From Rubripirellula sp. (GTDB lineage Bacteria > Planctomycetota > Planctomycetia > Pirellulales > Pirellulaceae): a DNA stretch of 64,000 bases. The notes below the pieces were generated by a model. That model made no database searches and had not been told where the DNA came from. It saw nothing but the letters and a program-made list of their open reading frames with translations. The number at the start of each line of letters is the position of its first letter. Positions within the stretch are counted from its first letter, which is position 1. A program made the translations under genes and the position numbers. The stretch is taken from the NCBI GenBank assembly GCA_965216875.1, contig OZ244207.1, positions 2,464,001-2,528,000 of the forward strand, written 5' to 3'. Positions 10,671 to 21,442 of the stretch are shown here, in pieces.

Positions 10671-10877
10671 AGCACTAACCCGGGAAACGCGTGAAACTGC
10701 AAAAACCGGACTTCACACCTCCACAACGTTGGGGGTGAGCTATCGTTTTACTGGACCTAACCGCGCAGGTTTGACGATCTTTCCGAGGTGGACCACCGCC
10801 ATCAGGGGCTTTTGGCGGATTCCCTGGCCACCACAAGGCAAAAGCGTTACTCACTTCCTTGCGACTGTTTTGAATTC

Positions 10878-13649
10878 ATGGGGCGTATCCAATCCTCTAT
10901 CGGCTTGATCACCGGCACCGATATTGCGGGCACGGTTGATCAATTGATTGCGATTAGCGGAGCGCCCCGCGACCGATTGGTTGCCCGAACCAATACGCTT
11001 TTTGAAGAACAAACCGCGCTGGCCGAGCTGACCGCTTCAGTGATTGGCGTCCAATTGGCGGGCAAGCAACTCTCGAGCGCCTCGATCTTTCGATCACGCG
11101 AAACGTCCTCGAGTGATTCCGAAACACTCTCGGCCGCTGCGGGCAACAACACGACTCCAGCAACGCACGTCGTCCGGACGCTACGTACCGCAGCGACACA
11201 CGACGTTTCATCACTTCAGCGTTACGAGGACGCCGAAGCCGATTTGAACTTCGTCGGCACACTCTCGATTGCTCCCACCGGAGGATTCCTCGACGAGTCG
11301 GCCAACCTCACCGACCTAAATGGCGGTCGCGGCGTCGAACTGGGCACGATCCGTATCACCGACCGCGGTGGTGCGTCGGCTGAAATTGACCTCACCGAAG
11401 CCAAAACCGTCGACGATGTTCTCGCCGCGATCAACGACGCCAACATTGAGGTCAAGGCAACCACCTCTGGCAATGCCTTTGTCCTCACCGACACATCCGG
11501 AAGCACCGCATCCAACCTTGTCGTCCAGCAACTTGGCAGCCAAGAAACCGCGGCCGACCTCGGCCTTTGGGGCATTGATGACGCCGCCAACTCCGTCACA
11601 GGCAACGATATCGACCTGGCTGCCGGCGTCTCCGCGCTGCGTGGCGTTGCACTGACCGAACTCGGCGGTGGATCAGGCATCGGTCCCCTCACTGACCTCG
11701 ACATCACCTTGTCCGATGGCAGCAGTGCCAGCATCGACCTTTCCTCAGCCAACACGACGGCCGAAGTGATCGACCTGATCGATGCTGCGGGTCTCGACCT
11801 GATCGTCAAACTCAATGACGCGCGAAACGGTCTTCAGCTTCGTGATGTCTCCGGTGGCACAGGGTCATTCGATATCTCATCGGTCGACACGACTGCAGCC
11901 GATTTGGGTATCGCCACGTCGACCACCGAAGACATTGTCGTGGGTGAAAACCTGGCACGTCAAAGCGTCACCTCAGACACCCTCATCGCCGATCTCAATC
12001 AGGGTTCCGGCCCAACCAGCGGAAGCTTCACCATCACCGACCGTGCGGGGATCACTGGCGCCGTCAACTTGGTCACCGACAATGTCAAGACAGTTGGCGA
12101 CCTTGTCGACGCGATCAACGACATCTCCGCTGATGTCACCGCCGCGATCAACGAAAGTGGTGATGGCATTCACATCATCGACAACAGCACCGGATCGGGA
12201 ACGCTGACCGTCGAAGACAGTGGATCGGGTACTGCCGCAGCCCAACTTGGCATCGCTGGCACTGCAACCACCCAAACCATCGGTGGCAACTCCGAATCGG
12301 CAATCGTGGGATCGCAATCGATTCGAATCGACGTCGCGGCGGACGATTCGCTTACCGACATCGCCGCAAAGATCAACGCCGCCGATCAATATGCCGACGC
12401 TGCCGTCGCCCTGAATGACGATGGATCGTATTCGCTGAATGTTCGCAGCCGAAAAGGGGGCGAAGACGGGCGTCTCGCGATCAACACCTCAGGTTTCGAT
12501 CTTGATCTTCGTACGACCAGTCGTGGCCAAGACGCATTGATCGCGGTGAGCACGGATAACGGAATCGAACGATTCCTTTCGTCGAGCGACGGTGTGTTCA
12601 CCCTTGATGACGACGGCAGCACGCTGAACACGATCAGTGGCGAAACCGCACTTGCTGACCTCAATCGAGGCCGCGGTATCGACGGCGGTAGCTTCACGAT
12701 CACCGACAGCTCTGGGGCGATCAGTGCCATCAACATTACAGCCGAAGGGATCACCACCGTCGATGAACTGATCAGCGCGTTCAACAACCTGAGCATTGGC
12801 GTGACTGCCTCGATCAACGATTCTGGCGACGGAATTGCCATCGTCGACAACGCGGGCGGCTCCGGAAAACTCACCATCACCGACACCGGCTCCGGCACAG
12901 CAGCTGCCGACTTGGGGGTCGCCGGCGAAGCAACCACACAAAGTGTCGGTGGGTTCAATGTCTCGGCGCTCGTCGGTCCTGCCGAAGATGAATTGGCAAG
13001 TGAAGCGGGCCTGACGCTAACACTCAAACAACTTTCAACCGACCCGATCACGGTAAGCGTTTCTGAAAACCCAGACGCGGTCGTTTCCGCCGCGAATTCA
13101 TTCGTCGACCAATTCAATTCGCTCGTCGACAAACTCGATTCGCTCACCTTCTTCAACGGCGACACCAACGAAGTCGGTCTGCTGTTTGGATCGAGTGAAG
13201 CGCTGCGTATCGAAAACAGCTACAACCGATTGTTGTCCGGACGCATTCAAGGTGCCGGAAACCTCGAATCAATCGGACAAGTGGGGCTACGATTCAACGA
13301 CAAAGGAAAACTCGACCTTGATGAATCGAAGCTTTCCGAAACGCTCTCGGAAAGCCCCGGCGCTGTCGAGGCATTCTTCACAACCGAAGAATATGGGCTT
13401 GCTCAGCGACTCGACGTTCTTGCCGAACGCATCGCCGGCGAGTCCAACAGCCTTCTCATTGGTCGCACGGAGAGCCTGACCACTCAGATCGAACGCAACA
13501 ACGAGCGCATCGACACGCTGAACCTCCGCCTCGAAAACGAACGCGAGCGATTGCTCAAGCAGTTCTATTCGACAGAATCTGCTATCGCAAAGATCACTTC
13601 GAACCAGCAATACCTCAGTGCGATCAAACCGGTATCGATCCCGAGTTAA
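10878..13649 (+). CDS. fliD: Flagellar filament cap protein with internal repeats
   Basis: N-terminal IGLITGTDIAGTVDQLI; C-terminal FVDQFNSL..LLFG..ERLLKQF; lies between fliC and fliS; start taken at ATG 10878. Confidence 0.92.
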   Translation: MGRIQSSIGLITGTDIAGTVDQLIAISGAPRDRLVARTNTLFEEQTALAELTASVIGVQLAGKQLSSASIFRSRETSSSDSETLSAAAGNNTTPATHVVRTLRTAATHDVSSLQRYEDAEADLNFVGTLSIAPTGGFLDESANLTDLNGGRGVELGTIRITDRGGASAEIDLTEAKTVDDVLAAINDANIEVKATTSGNAFVLTDTSGSTASNLVVQQLGSQETAADLGLWGIDDAANSVTGNDIDLAAGVSALRGVALTELGGGSGIGPLTDLDITLSDGSSASIDLSSANTTAEVIDLIDAAGLDLIVKLNDARNGLQLRDVSGGTGSFDISSVDTTAADLGIATSTTEDIVVGENLARQSVTSDTLIADLNQGSGPTSGSFTITDRAGITGAVNLVTDNVKTVGDLVDAINDISADVTAAINESGDGIHIIDNSTGSGTLTVEDSGSGTAAAQLGIAGTATTQTIGGNSESAIVGSQSIRIDVAADDSLTDIAAKINAADQYADAAVALNDDGSYSLNVRSRKGGEDGRLAINTSGFDLDLRTTSRGQDALIAVSTDNGIERFLSSSDGVFTLDDDGSTLNTISGETALADLNRGRGIDGGSFTITDSSGAISAINITAEGITTVDELISAFNNLSIGVTASINDSGDGIAIVDNAGGSGKLTITDTGSGTAAADLGVAGEATTQSVGGFNVSALVGPAEDELASEAGLTLTLKQLSTDPITVSVSENPDAVVSAANSFVDQFNSLVDKLDSLTFFNGDTNEVGLLFGSSEALRIENSYNRLLSGRIQGAGNLESIGQVGLRFNDKGKLDLDESKLSETLSESPGAVEAFFTTEEYGLAQRLDVLAERIAGESNSLLIGRTESLTTQIERNNERIDTLNLRLENERERLLKQFYSTESAIAKITSNQQYLSAIKPVSIPS

Positions 13650-13729
13650 AAAGCCAGTCGCACTCCACCGGCACACACGAACAAGCCCCACACTGCTTGA
13701 AACCTTATCCCGCAAGGACGCAGCCCATT

Positions 13730-14218
13730 ATGTCGACCAACCCCGATCATTTTCGCCCTCGCGAATCTGCAGGTGGCCAACAATACCTCGACGCAACCAT
13801 TCGCACAGCATCGCCCGCTCGCCTACGCTTGATGTTGCTGCAGCGATCAGTCGAAGTGGCTTGTGTGCTTTCGGACACCTGGCGTCACGGACTCAACCCG
13901 GGCACAAACGAACATTCGCTGAAACTGCTCGACCTGCTCAACGAACTCCTCGCAGGGGTCAAGGGAAGCGAAACCGATTCCGAAAACCAGCTCTGCAGCC
14001 AAGTTGCCGACCTGTACGTTTTCTTGATGAAACACTTGGTCGCCGCAGAAAACAACAGCGATGCCAACCGCATCGACGAGATCCGTCTCGTTTTGGAAAC
14101 GGAAATGGAAACCTGGCAGAACGTTTGTGCCACCGAAGCATCGGCAATCGCGGTCCCACCAACCGCCGACATTCAAAACACTCCCGCTGCCTCATCGGGC
14201 CTGAATTTCACAGCCTGA
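13730..14218 (+). CDS. fliS: Flagellin export chaperone
   Basis: YLDATIRTASPARLRLML and LYVF motifs; directly after fliD; start taken at ATG 13730. Confidence 0.85.
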   Translation: MSTNPDHFRPRESAGGQQYLDATIRTASPARLRLMLLQRSVEVACVLSDTWRHGLNPGTNEHSLKLLDLLNELLAGVKGSETDSENQLCSQVADLYVFLMKHLVAAENNSDANRIDEIRLVLETEMETWQNVCATEASAIAVPPTADIQNTPAASSGLNFTA

Positions 14219-14441
14219 TCTGACTCCAGGTCGCCAAGATTCCGCGATCCTTGGCGAACAGCTGAATGCTGGGCAGCCTCTTTTGGTTCTCCAACACGTT
14301 TGAGCCCTTCAGGCTCGTGCCTAGGGAAACTTCTCCAAGACGCCCAGCTACATGCGAAAGCCCGAACGTCAGTTGCCGCCCTATTGCAGGTGCGCTATCC
14401 TTTAGATGTTCGGCTCAACTACCTCGACCGGAAGCCTTCCG

Positions 14442-15398
14442 ATGCGTACCTGTTTCCTGCTCTTGCTCGCCCTCCTGTTCGTCGCTGTCAGTGCACTTGA
14501 AAGTGTTGCCCAGACAGTTGTGCAAGCAACCAAAACCAAAGCTGAAGCGGGTGCTGACGTCGCGACCGACGCAAAGGCCAAAGACGACGCGGCAGAGCCG
14601 AAGAAAAAGGAAGCACTCTACCTTCAGATCAGCGAATCGGACGACGGCATCCCTCAAGCCTTGCAGACTGCGATCGTTCGCTACAAAGGCAAGAAAGACA
14701 CACCCTACGCCGGTCGAATCGTTGACCTCGTGGGCGTTGTTCACATCGGCCAAAAGGAATACTACGAAGACCTCAACAAACGACTGGCCAAGTACGACGT
14801 TGTTTTGTACGAACTCGTCGCCCCTGATGGCACGCGCATCAAGCCGGAGGATCTTGAAAAGCGGCGTTCACTGCTCGCTTCGATGCAAACCGGTATGAAG
14901 GACATGTTGAATCTCGAGTATCAGCTTGAACTCATTGACTACATGGCCGAGAACTTTCGTCACGCCGACATGAGTCCCAAGGAGTTCGTGGAAGATCTCG
15001 AACGTCGTGGTGACAGCATCTGGAAGATGGTCGCACGGATGATGGGGGCCGGTCTTGCTTCCTCGGCCTCGACCGGAGGCGACGCCGGCGTCTTGCTCGC
15101 AATGTTTTCAAACGACCGTAGCAAGAAGATGAAACAAACGATGGCCCGACAATTGATCGATGTTGAAGTCGTCACCGCGGGAATGGACGACGAAAATGGT
15201 GAAAACACGCTGATCAAGGGCCGCAACGCCAAGGCGTTTCAAATCCTGAAAGAAGAACTCGACAAAGGCAAAAAGAAAGTCTCTGTCTTCTACGGCGCTG
15301 GCCATCTACCCGATATGGCAGAACGACTCGAAAAAGAGTTCGAGATGGAAGCCAAAAAGACGACCTGGCTCGACGCCTGGGACCTGACGCGAAACTAA
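14442..15398 (+). CDS. Conserved secreted hypothetical protein (possibly TraB/GumN-like)
   Basis: Signal peptide; VDLVGVVHIG, VLYELV, RN and YGAGHLPD motifs. Confidence 0.65.
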   Translation: MRTCFLLLLALLFVAVSALESVAQTVVQATKTKAEAGADVATDAKAKDDAAEPKKKEALYLQISESDDGIPQALQTAIVRYKGKKDTPYAGRIVDLVGVVHIGQKEYYEDLNKRLAKYDVVLYELVAPDGTRIKPEDLEKRRSLLASMQTGMKDMLNLEYQLELIDYMAENFRHADMSPKEFVEDLERRGDSIWKMVARMMGAGLASSASTGGDAGVLLAMFSNDRSKKMKQTMARQLIDVEVVTAGMDDENGENTLIKGRNAKAFQILKEELDKGKKKVSVFYGAGHLPDMAERLEKEFEMEAKKTTWLDAWDLTRN

Positions 15399-15406
15399 TC
15401 GACTTT

Positions 15407-15464
15407 GGTGCGTGCAAGCACACACCCTACGGCTCCATTCGTAGGGTGTGTGCTTGCACGCACC
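15407..15464. repeat. Inverted pair of GTAG-type REP between convergent genes
   Basis: GGTGCGTGCAAGCACACACCCTAC, 10-nt spacer, GTAGGGTGTGTGCTTGCACGCACC; same family at 28855, 28980 and 62917. Confidence 0.9.
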
Positions 15465-15501
15465 TAGCTCCAACTTGCCGCCTACATCCATCACGCCATC
15501 G

Positions 15502-16464
15502 CTACTTCACCTCACAGTTCGGCAGCACCGCCCTGAGGATCGTGACTTCGCGCGAACCCATCGAGGTGTTGCCAACCCAAAGTTCTTTCAGTTGACGCAT
15601 CGCCGACAGGTGCTTCAGCGCACCGCGGTCAAATCTCCGATCCAGTAGGATCAGCTTCTCGAGTGTCTTGATCGTCTTGACCGACTCAAGGCAGTCATTG
15701 TCGACGCCGTCACCACACGCTTGATCAATCATCAACGATTTCAAACGAGGCAACCGCGAGACCTCTGCAATCCCCGCGTTGGTGATCGCCTCATTGCCGA
15801 TCGACAGTTCTTCGAGCTGGTTAAGACCCGAAATCAACTTCAGTCCTTCGTCGGTCAATTGAGTCCGCGTCACATCGAGTTTGCGGAGCTTCGGCAACTT
15901 CGAAAGCAAAGCTGCAGCGTCATCATCGATCGACGTCCCCGACAAGCTCAGACTCTCAATCTGCTCGCGTTTGACCACTTGGCCGACAAATTGATTCGTG
16001 ACATTGCAGTGGGTCACGTCCAAATCGGTCAACTTTGGTAGCTCCAATAGTTTCTCGAGCCCGCCTTCGCTCACACGCGAACTTGTGATCGAGACTGAAT
16101 GGAGTCCCTTCATCTTCGCGATCGACTCGAGCCCTCGATCGGTCGTCGCAGGTCCACCAATCGAGAGTTCGGGAAGTCGATCGAGTCGCTGAAGTTTCTC
16201 GATGCCGGCGTCCGACACATCGAACAACATGATGTACTCAAGGTTTTCGATTCCGGGAACGTCTTCAATCTTCTCGAAGTGCTCCGCCGCGCCGTCCCCT
16301 TTCATGAACTGCGTGATCGCAATCACGTTGCCAGCATCGTTGCGTTTGAGAATCGCCCCTGCTTTCTCGAGCTGGCTGAAGTCTTGCCCATTGCTATCGG
16401 CCACGCAAAACAACGAGCATAAGGCTGCACCACCGACGAGTATCGCTTGCTTCACTCCACCCAT
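15502..16464 (-). CDS. Secreted leucine-rich repeat protein
   Basis: About 24-aa LxxLxLxxTxITDxGLxxL repeats; signal peptide after ATG 16464. Confidence 0.85.
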   Translation of the reverse strand: MGGVKQAILVGGAALCSLFCVADSNGQDFSQLEKAGAILKRNDAGNVIAITQFMKGDGAAEHFEKIEDVPGIENLEYIMLFDVSDAGIEKLQRLDRLPELSIGGPATTDRGLESIAKMKGLHSVSITSSRVSEGGLEKLLELPKLTDLDVTHCNVTNQFVGQVVKREQIESLSLSGTSIDDDAAALLSKLPKLRKLDVTRTQLTDEGLKLISGLNQLEELSIGNEAITNAGIAEVSRLPRLKSLMIDQACGDGVDNDCLESVKTIKTLEKLILLDRRFDRGALKHLSAMRQLKELWVGNTSMGSREVTILRAVLPNCEVK

Positions 16465-16628
16465 ATGATCACCTGAATCGCCAACAATCGGATCGAACAT
16501 CACGATTGTAGCCACCCCCGTCCTCAGCAGCGATTCGATCGCAAAACAAAAGAGCCAACTCGAAACGATTTCGAACTGGCTCTCTTTCTTTTGAGACGAC
16601 TAGCGTTCCGTGTTTTGCAGATAAAGGG

Positions 16629-16817
16629 TCATTCACCTGTATCTGCGTCACCGGCATTGCTCATTGCTGCCTCATCTGCAGCGATCATCGCTTCGTACTC
16701 TTCGAGTGCCGCCTGGTCGACACCATCCATCAAGTTCTTTGGCTCGTTCGACGTGCAGCCTGTCGAGACAACAAAGCCCATCGCGAAGATCATTGCGGTG
16801 GCAAGTCCGCGTAACAT
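16629..16817 (-). CDS. Small lipoprotein downstream of DUF1559 gene
   Basis: 62 aa; hydrophobic leader ending STGC (lipobox); acidic mature part; AAGGAG-type RBS upstream. Confidence 0.7.
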   Translation of the reverse strand: MLRGLATAMIFAMGFVVSTGCTSNEPKNLMDGVDQAALEEYEAMIAADEAAMSNAGDADTGE

Positions 16818-16955
16818 GTTTCAATGACTCCTTGAGTTGCATTGGCAACGGTAAATGGTTTTTCAGCAGAACAACCATGGCCCGTCGATCGAATCGAGGT
16901 TTCGATTTCCTTGATCGATCTGGGGCCACGGCATAACAACAACTTGGCCCATCAC

Positions 16956-18248
16956 TTACTGATTGAGCTCTTCTTCGATCACTTCCTTGTTGGCTCGCGT
17001 GCCAAGCGACCCCCAAAGTCCATAGGGGCTGCCATTTCCGGGCGCTGACGCTCCCGAACCACCATGCCAAACCATTGGGTGATTGGAATTGCCTGCTTCA
17101 ATCGAATCAGAAATGAAGACCACCGCGCCGTCAGCCATCAGGAGATGGACGCCGCCTTGATGGCGACTCGAGGGTGGACAAACCGTGCGACCACCGGGGA
17201 ACCGTTGGGCACAAAGCTCGGAGTTTGGCGGCAGGATCGTGTGCATCCCACTCATCTCCATACGATGGCTCGCCCATCGGTATCCTCGTCCGTTGACGGG
17301 TCCCCAAACGGGTGTCGAAGGGGCCCAGAACTGCGGACGCTCTGGATCAGTCAAACCCTGTTCGCGGCAGTACCTTGGGTTGTCCCGAATATCGTTGACC
17401 CACTGGGTCGTTTCGTTGTCAGCAATCGTGCGGACGTCGCGATCACCCAAGTCGGTTGCAATCTCGCCGCCCATGATGGTATTGGACAACCCATCCAAGA
17501 TGTCGCGGAACTTCATGTCCCGATGAACGGTGAACACACCACGGTTGCAAGCACGTGAGTTGCGTGCCCAACCGGAATGCTCTTGGCGCTTCCAAGGCGG
17601 CGCTGGTTGCCGGAACCGTTTCGGTCCTTGAATCGACCAATAGTAGGAATCGCCAAGACATGCCGCGTAGTTGGTTCGCCCAAGCGCTGGTAATCCAACG
17701 CCCGGATCACTTGGACAACGGTACGTCGGAATCTGAGACGACCAAGGAATGTACCTCGCTTGACTCGGGACAGGCCCCATCGGTGGCCACGGCGGATCAT
17801 AGACCACAGTTTCATCAAGCGCATCTTGTTGGTTGGGCTGGGAAATCGTTTCCCACAAAGCCTGTTGCTCCACAAATGGAGTGATCCCAACCAAATAGCT
17901 CAGACGCCATGAATTGGAATGCGAATAGGTCGTCCACCAATTGTCACTCCCACCTGTGTTACCAAACGGTGGCGCTGCGCCCCCGGGGCTGTCGGTTCCG
18001 GCACCGTGCAGCGGCAACTGTTTGTAGGTTGAGTGATAGTTATGAATGCCGAGCCCAATTTGCTTGAAATTGTTGCTACAGCTCATTCGCCTCGCAGCTT
18101 CGCGAGCGGCTTGCACGGCGGGCAATAGCAGGCCCACTAAAACGCCGATGATGGCAATGACCACCAAGAGTTCGACAAGAGTAAACGCGTCAGACCGCGT
18201 TCTCAGTCTTTTCACGATGATTCTCCAGATAAAGAAGGACGCAAACAA
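16956..18248 (-). CDS. DUF1559 prepilin-type N-terminal cleavage/methylation protein
   Basis: [47 protein letters not shown] and H-X9-DG ([12 protein letters not shown]); true start probably the GTG of VKRLR. Confidence 0.95.
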   Translation of the reverse strand: MFASFFIWRIIVKRLRTRSDAFTLVELLVVIAIIGVLVGLLLPAVQAAREAARRMSCSNNFKQIGLGIHNYHSTYKQLPLHGAGTDSPGGAAPPFGNTGGSDNWWTTYSHSNSWRLSYLVGITPFVEQQALWETISQPNQQDALDETVVYDPPWPPMGPVPSQARYIPWSSQIPTYRCPSDPGVGLPALGRTNYAACLGDSYYWSIQGPKRFRQPAPPWKRQEHSGWARNSRACNRGVFTVHRDMKFRDILDGLSNTIMGGEIATDLGDRDVRTIADNETTQWVNDIRDNPRYCREQGLTDPERPQFWAPSTPVWGPVNGRGYRWASHRMEMSGMHTILPPNSELCAQRFPGGRTVCPPSSRHQGGVHLLMADGAVVFISDSIEAGNSNHPMVWHGGSGASAPGNGSPYGLWGSLGTRANKEVIEEELNQ

Positions 18249-18344
18249 TCAAATTGCAACCGCGTACTAGTGGAGAATTCCGGATGAACTCAGTTTTCCA
18301 CGCGAAAATTAAGAAATAAGGAAAATGATTTTCAGCTAGTGCTA

Positions 18345-18430
18345 GTGAGCCGCGATCGCGTAAGCGGCCGGGCCTTACTCACCTTCACCCCAGTTGCGCG
18401 TCGGCAAGGGCCCGAGGCCTCACGGCCAGC
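18345..18430. repeat. GTGAGCCG-type REP-like palindromes
   Basis: GTGAGCCGCGATCGCGTAAGCGGCCGGGC (related copies near 37903, 42869, 46722) and GCAAGGGCCCGAGGCCTCACGGCCAGC (related copy near 59126). Confidence 0.8.
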
Positions 18431-18747
18431 TCATGTGCACTGCCCTGCGCCAGAAGTTGCTCTTGTTGCGCCGAGATTGCAATCCACAGCACCCTTTGTC
18501 GAGCAAGCCTTTGTTGAGCGAACCTTTGCCGAGGCGCACCTGTCATAAATTGCACGCGTGCCCAATGGCTGGAGCTTACAAACATTGCCGAGTGGCTCGG
18601 CATCAGGATTCCACCCTGACGTTTCCGGTTCGATTCCGGTCCCTGTACCAATCCTAGGGGATTACGTTCGCGCTTCTGCGACTTGCACGCTTCCTTTTTA
18701 GGTCATGCTGCGTCTGAGAAGCCGCCGCTTGTCATGCGGAGCATGAC

Positions 18748-19026
18748 CTACGTTTCGGACTCGCTGCCGACGTTGCAAAAACAGTGTAGCCGCGCGACGC
18801 CAATCTTCTTGTCGGCATCGGGATCTTGTTGACTAGCATCGAGCCACCCAAAACCACCACAGTGCTCGCACTTGGGATCGGCCGTACGGTGTTCGATCCA
18901 GCCGCGATGCCACGCCAGGAATTGAGCGGAATCGGCGTTCCCATAAGGATTCGATTTGACGCTGCCACCTGAACGGGCGCAGCTTGCCCCTTCTTCGTAG
19001 GAGGCATCAAACTCTGCTTCCGGCAT
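18748..19026 (-). CDS. 92-aa RMF/CrpP-like protein with C-terminal CxxC...CxC zinc-finger-like motif
   Basis: ATG 19026 preceded by GGAGG; SYEEG..A..G..NPY..AWHRGW pattern, then CEHCGGFG...CFC. Confidence 0.6.
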   Translation of the reverse strand: MPEAEFDASYEEGASCARSGGSVKSNPYGNADSAQFLAWHRGWIEHRTADPKCEHCGGFGWLDASQQDPDADKKIGVARLHCFCNVGSESET

Positions 19027-19117
19027 TCTTGCCCCTCCGGATTGCGATTGATCGCATCCTATCAACATTAAACGAGTGCGCGCTGGGTGAAAACATCTCA
19101 CGGAACGAGATGCGTCG

Positions 19118-20941
19118 CTAAAGTGGATAGATCAACGGCGTCACAACGAGGTTGGCGATGAAGGCAAGCACCATAAGTGGGGCACCGATTTTCACGAAAT
19201 CCAGAAACGTGTATCGACCCGGATCAACAACCAACGTGACCACAGGTGATGCGACGGGACTTGCAAAGGCTGAGGAGGCGCCAATTAAAACGGTAACAGC
19301 AAGTGGATAGGGCGACACTTCCATTGACTCTGCAACTTTGATCGCGACCGGTGCAAGAAGCACTGCCGTCGCTGTATTGGAAAGCACCAAACTCATGCTT
19401 GCGGTTAACACAAACAACATCGCCATCATTGCGTAGGGGCCTGCACCACCCACATTCGCCACGACGGCATCAACAATCATTTGTGTGCCGCCCGTTTTGT
19501 CGAGTGCACGTGCGACAGGTAACATTCCGGCAAGCAACACAATGCTGCTCCAAGAGATCGATCGGTAGGCGTCTTCCGCAGTCAAGCAACGTCCAGCCAC
19601 CACAACGATCGCGGCAATGATCACCGCAATGGTGATCGGCATCACACCCAAAATGCTGGCAACGACCATGGCCAAGAGTGCAAGAATCGCAATCGGCGCA
19701 CGCCGAAAATTGGGACGCGCCTCGGCATGCTCGGCCGGCAACTCGAGCAACACAAAGTCGTGGTTCTCTTTGCCAAGGCCCGAGATGCGTTTCCAGGTAC
19801 CCGAGACCAACAACATATCGGCGGCGCGCATCGGCTCGTCGACAAAATCGTCGATTCGTTGACCATCCCGTTGAAGACCAATCACATGCACGCCATAGCG
19901 CGTTCGCAGCCGTGCCTGCCGAACCGATTTCCCCTTAAAGCGACAGTCGGGGTGAACCATCACCACCCCACCACCGCGTTCTTGCAATCGGTGACGTCGA
20001 TCCGCATCGGTGCGAGGAACAATCGTCACGCGTTCCTGCTCGACAAAGTCCTCGATGCCCTTCGGCTCGCCGTTGATCAACAGCTGAGATCCGGAGATCA
20101 ACCGATCGCTGGCGCCGATGTCTTCCAAATCACCGTAAAGACCATGATCCGACGCACGACTGATTCCAAGAATACGAACGCCATACTTCGGCTCCAAATC
20201 GCATTCAGAAACCATCTTGCCGCACATCGGTGAATCGGGCGCGATGCGAACCGTTTCCACACGTTTATGAAACGCAAAGTCTTGCCAGAGCTGATGCAAC
20301 GTACGCACTGGTTCCGAGTCAGCGTCATCGGTATCGCTGCGCAACATTCGATCGCCGATCACCAACATGTAGATGATCGCAGCGGCGAGGACGACGACCC
20401 CGACCGGCGCAAAGCCGAAAAAGGTCAACGGTTCGTACCCTGATGATTCGAGCTTTCCGCTAACGACCATGTTGGGCATCGTTGCGATCAACGTCAGCAT
20501 GCCCGAGATCATCGCGGCAAACGACATGGGAAGCAGCAGCCGTGATGCAGCGATTCCAGTGCGTCCCGCGATCTTGAAAATGATCGGGATGAAAATGGCA
20601 ACGACCGCCGTCGAACTCATCACACTGCTCAGCAGCGCCGTGCAAAGCATGATCAACGTCACCAGCGCCGTGCGGTTCTTGCCGCCAACGTCCGTGATCG
20701 CATTGCCCATCGCCTGGGCCACGCCCGTCCGATCAAGCGACTCACCAAGCACCATCAGACCGCAAACCAAAATCACCACCGGGTCCCCAAAACCGGCCAG
20801 CGCCTCTTGGGGCGAGAGGATTTCGCCAAGCGTTAGCGCAAGAACGACAAGCAACGCGATGAAATCGAGTCTCAGGCGATCGAGGGCAAACAGGATGGCG
20901 GCGACAATGACAACGCCAAAGACAAAGGTGGAGTCGTCCAT
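19118..20941 (-). CDS. SLC13/CitMHS family permease with two TrkA-C (RCK_C) domains
   Basis: N- and C-terminal TM bundles; central DSPMCGKMVSE..YGVRILGI and GKSVRQARLRTRYGVHVIGL; C-terminal GRYTFLDFVKIG. Confidence 0.92.
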   Translation of the reverse strand: MDDSTFVFGVVIVAAILFALDRLRLDFIALLVVLALTLGEILSPQEALAGFGDPVVILVCGLMVLGESLDRTGVAQAMGNAITDVGGKNRTALVTLIMLCTALLSSVMSSTAVVAIFIPIIFKIAGRTGIAASRLLLPMSFAAMISGMLTLIATMPNMVVSGKLESSGYEPLTFFGFAPVGVVVLAAAIIYMLVIGDRMLRSDTDDADSEPVRTLHQLWQDFAFHKRVETVRIAPDSPMCGKMVSECDLEPKYGVRILGISRASDHGLYGDLEDIGASDRLISGSQLLINGEPKGIEDFVEQERVTIVPRTDADRRHRLQERGGGVVMVHPDCRFKGKSVRQARLRTRYGVHVIGLQRDGQRIDDFVDEPMRAADMLLVSGTWKRISGLGKENHDFVLLELPAEHAEARPNFRRAPIAILALLAMVVASILGVMPITIAVIIAAIVVVAGRCLTAEDAYRSISWSSIVLLAGMLPVARALDKTGGTQMIVDAVVANVGGAGPYAMMAMLFVLTASMSLVLSNTATAVLLAPVAIKVAESMEVSPYPLAVTVLIGASSAFASPVASPVVTLVVDPGRYTFLDFVKIGAPLMVLAFIANLVVTPLIYPL

Positions 20942-21335
20942 AACATCGAAGGTGGGTGGATACGTATGACGTCAATGCAACCGTAGTCGTAAACGACTTG
21001 ACTGCGAAATTGAACCGGCCAATCGGTGAACGTCGTCACATGGCCCTAATCGAGCCTTTTTGCCGGATTGCCCACCCAAAGCGAAATCCACGGCTCAACG
21101 GACGAAATCCAGCAACGATCGCACGCGAAACCGCAAAAGGGCCCCTAAAACTCCAGGTTCGGCTCAGCCTCCTTCGCAGCAACCATCTCCTCGCCAGCGG
21201 CCAATTGTTCGCCACTAGCAAGTCAGTCGAGACTTTGGTACTTTTTCGCGGAAATGGAGGTTTCCCGACGACATCGAGTGGTGTCCGAAAGGGGACCGAG
21301 CCGACTAAAACGGTTACCAAATCGGCGTTTCCAAC

Positions 21336-21409
21336 GGCGGCATAGCTCAGCTGGTTAGAGCAGCGGAATCATAATCCGCGTGTCGGGGGTTCGAGTCCCT
21401 CTGCCGCTA
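21336..21409 (+). tRNA. tRNA-Met (CAT), probably elongator; CCA not encoded
   Basis: Acceptor stem GGCGGCA/TGCCGCT; D arm TAGCTCAGCTGGTTAGAGC; anticodon arm GCGGA-ATCATAA-TCCGC; T arm GGTTCGAGTCC. Ile2 identity not excluded by eye. Confidence 0.93.
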
Positions 21410-21442
21410 CTTTCTCTTAAGCGCCCCGCTGGCGCACCAAGT

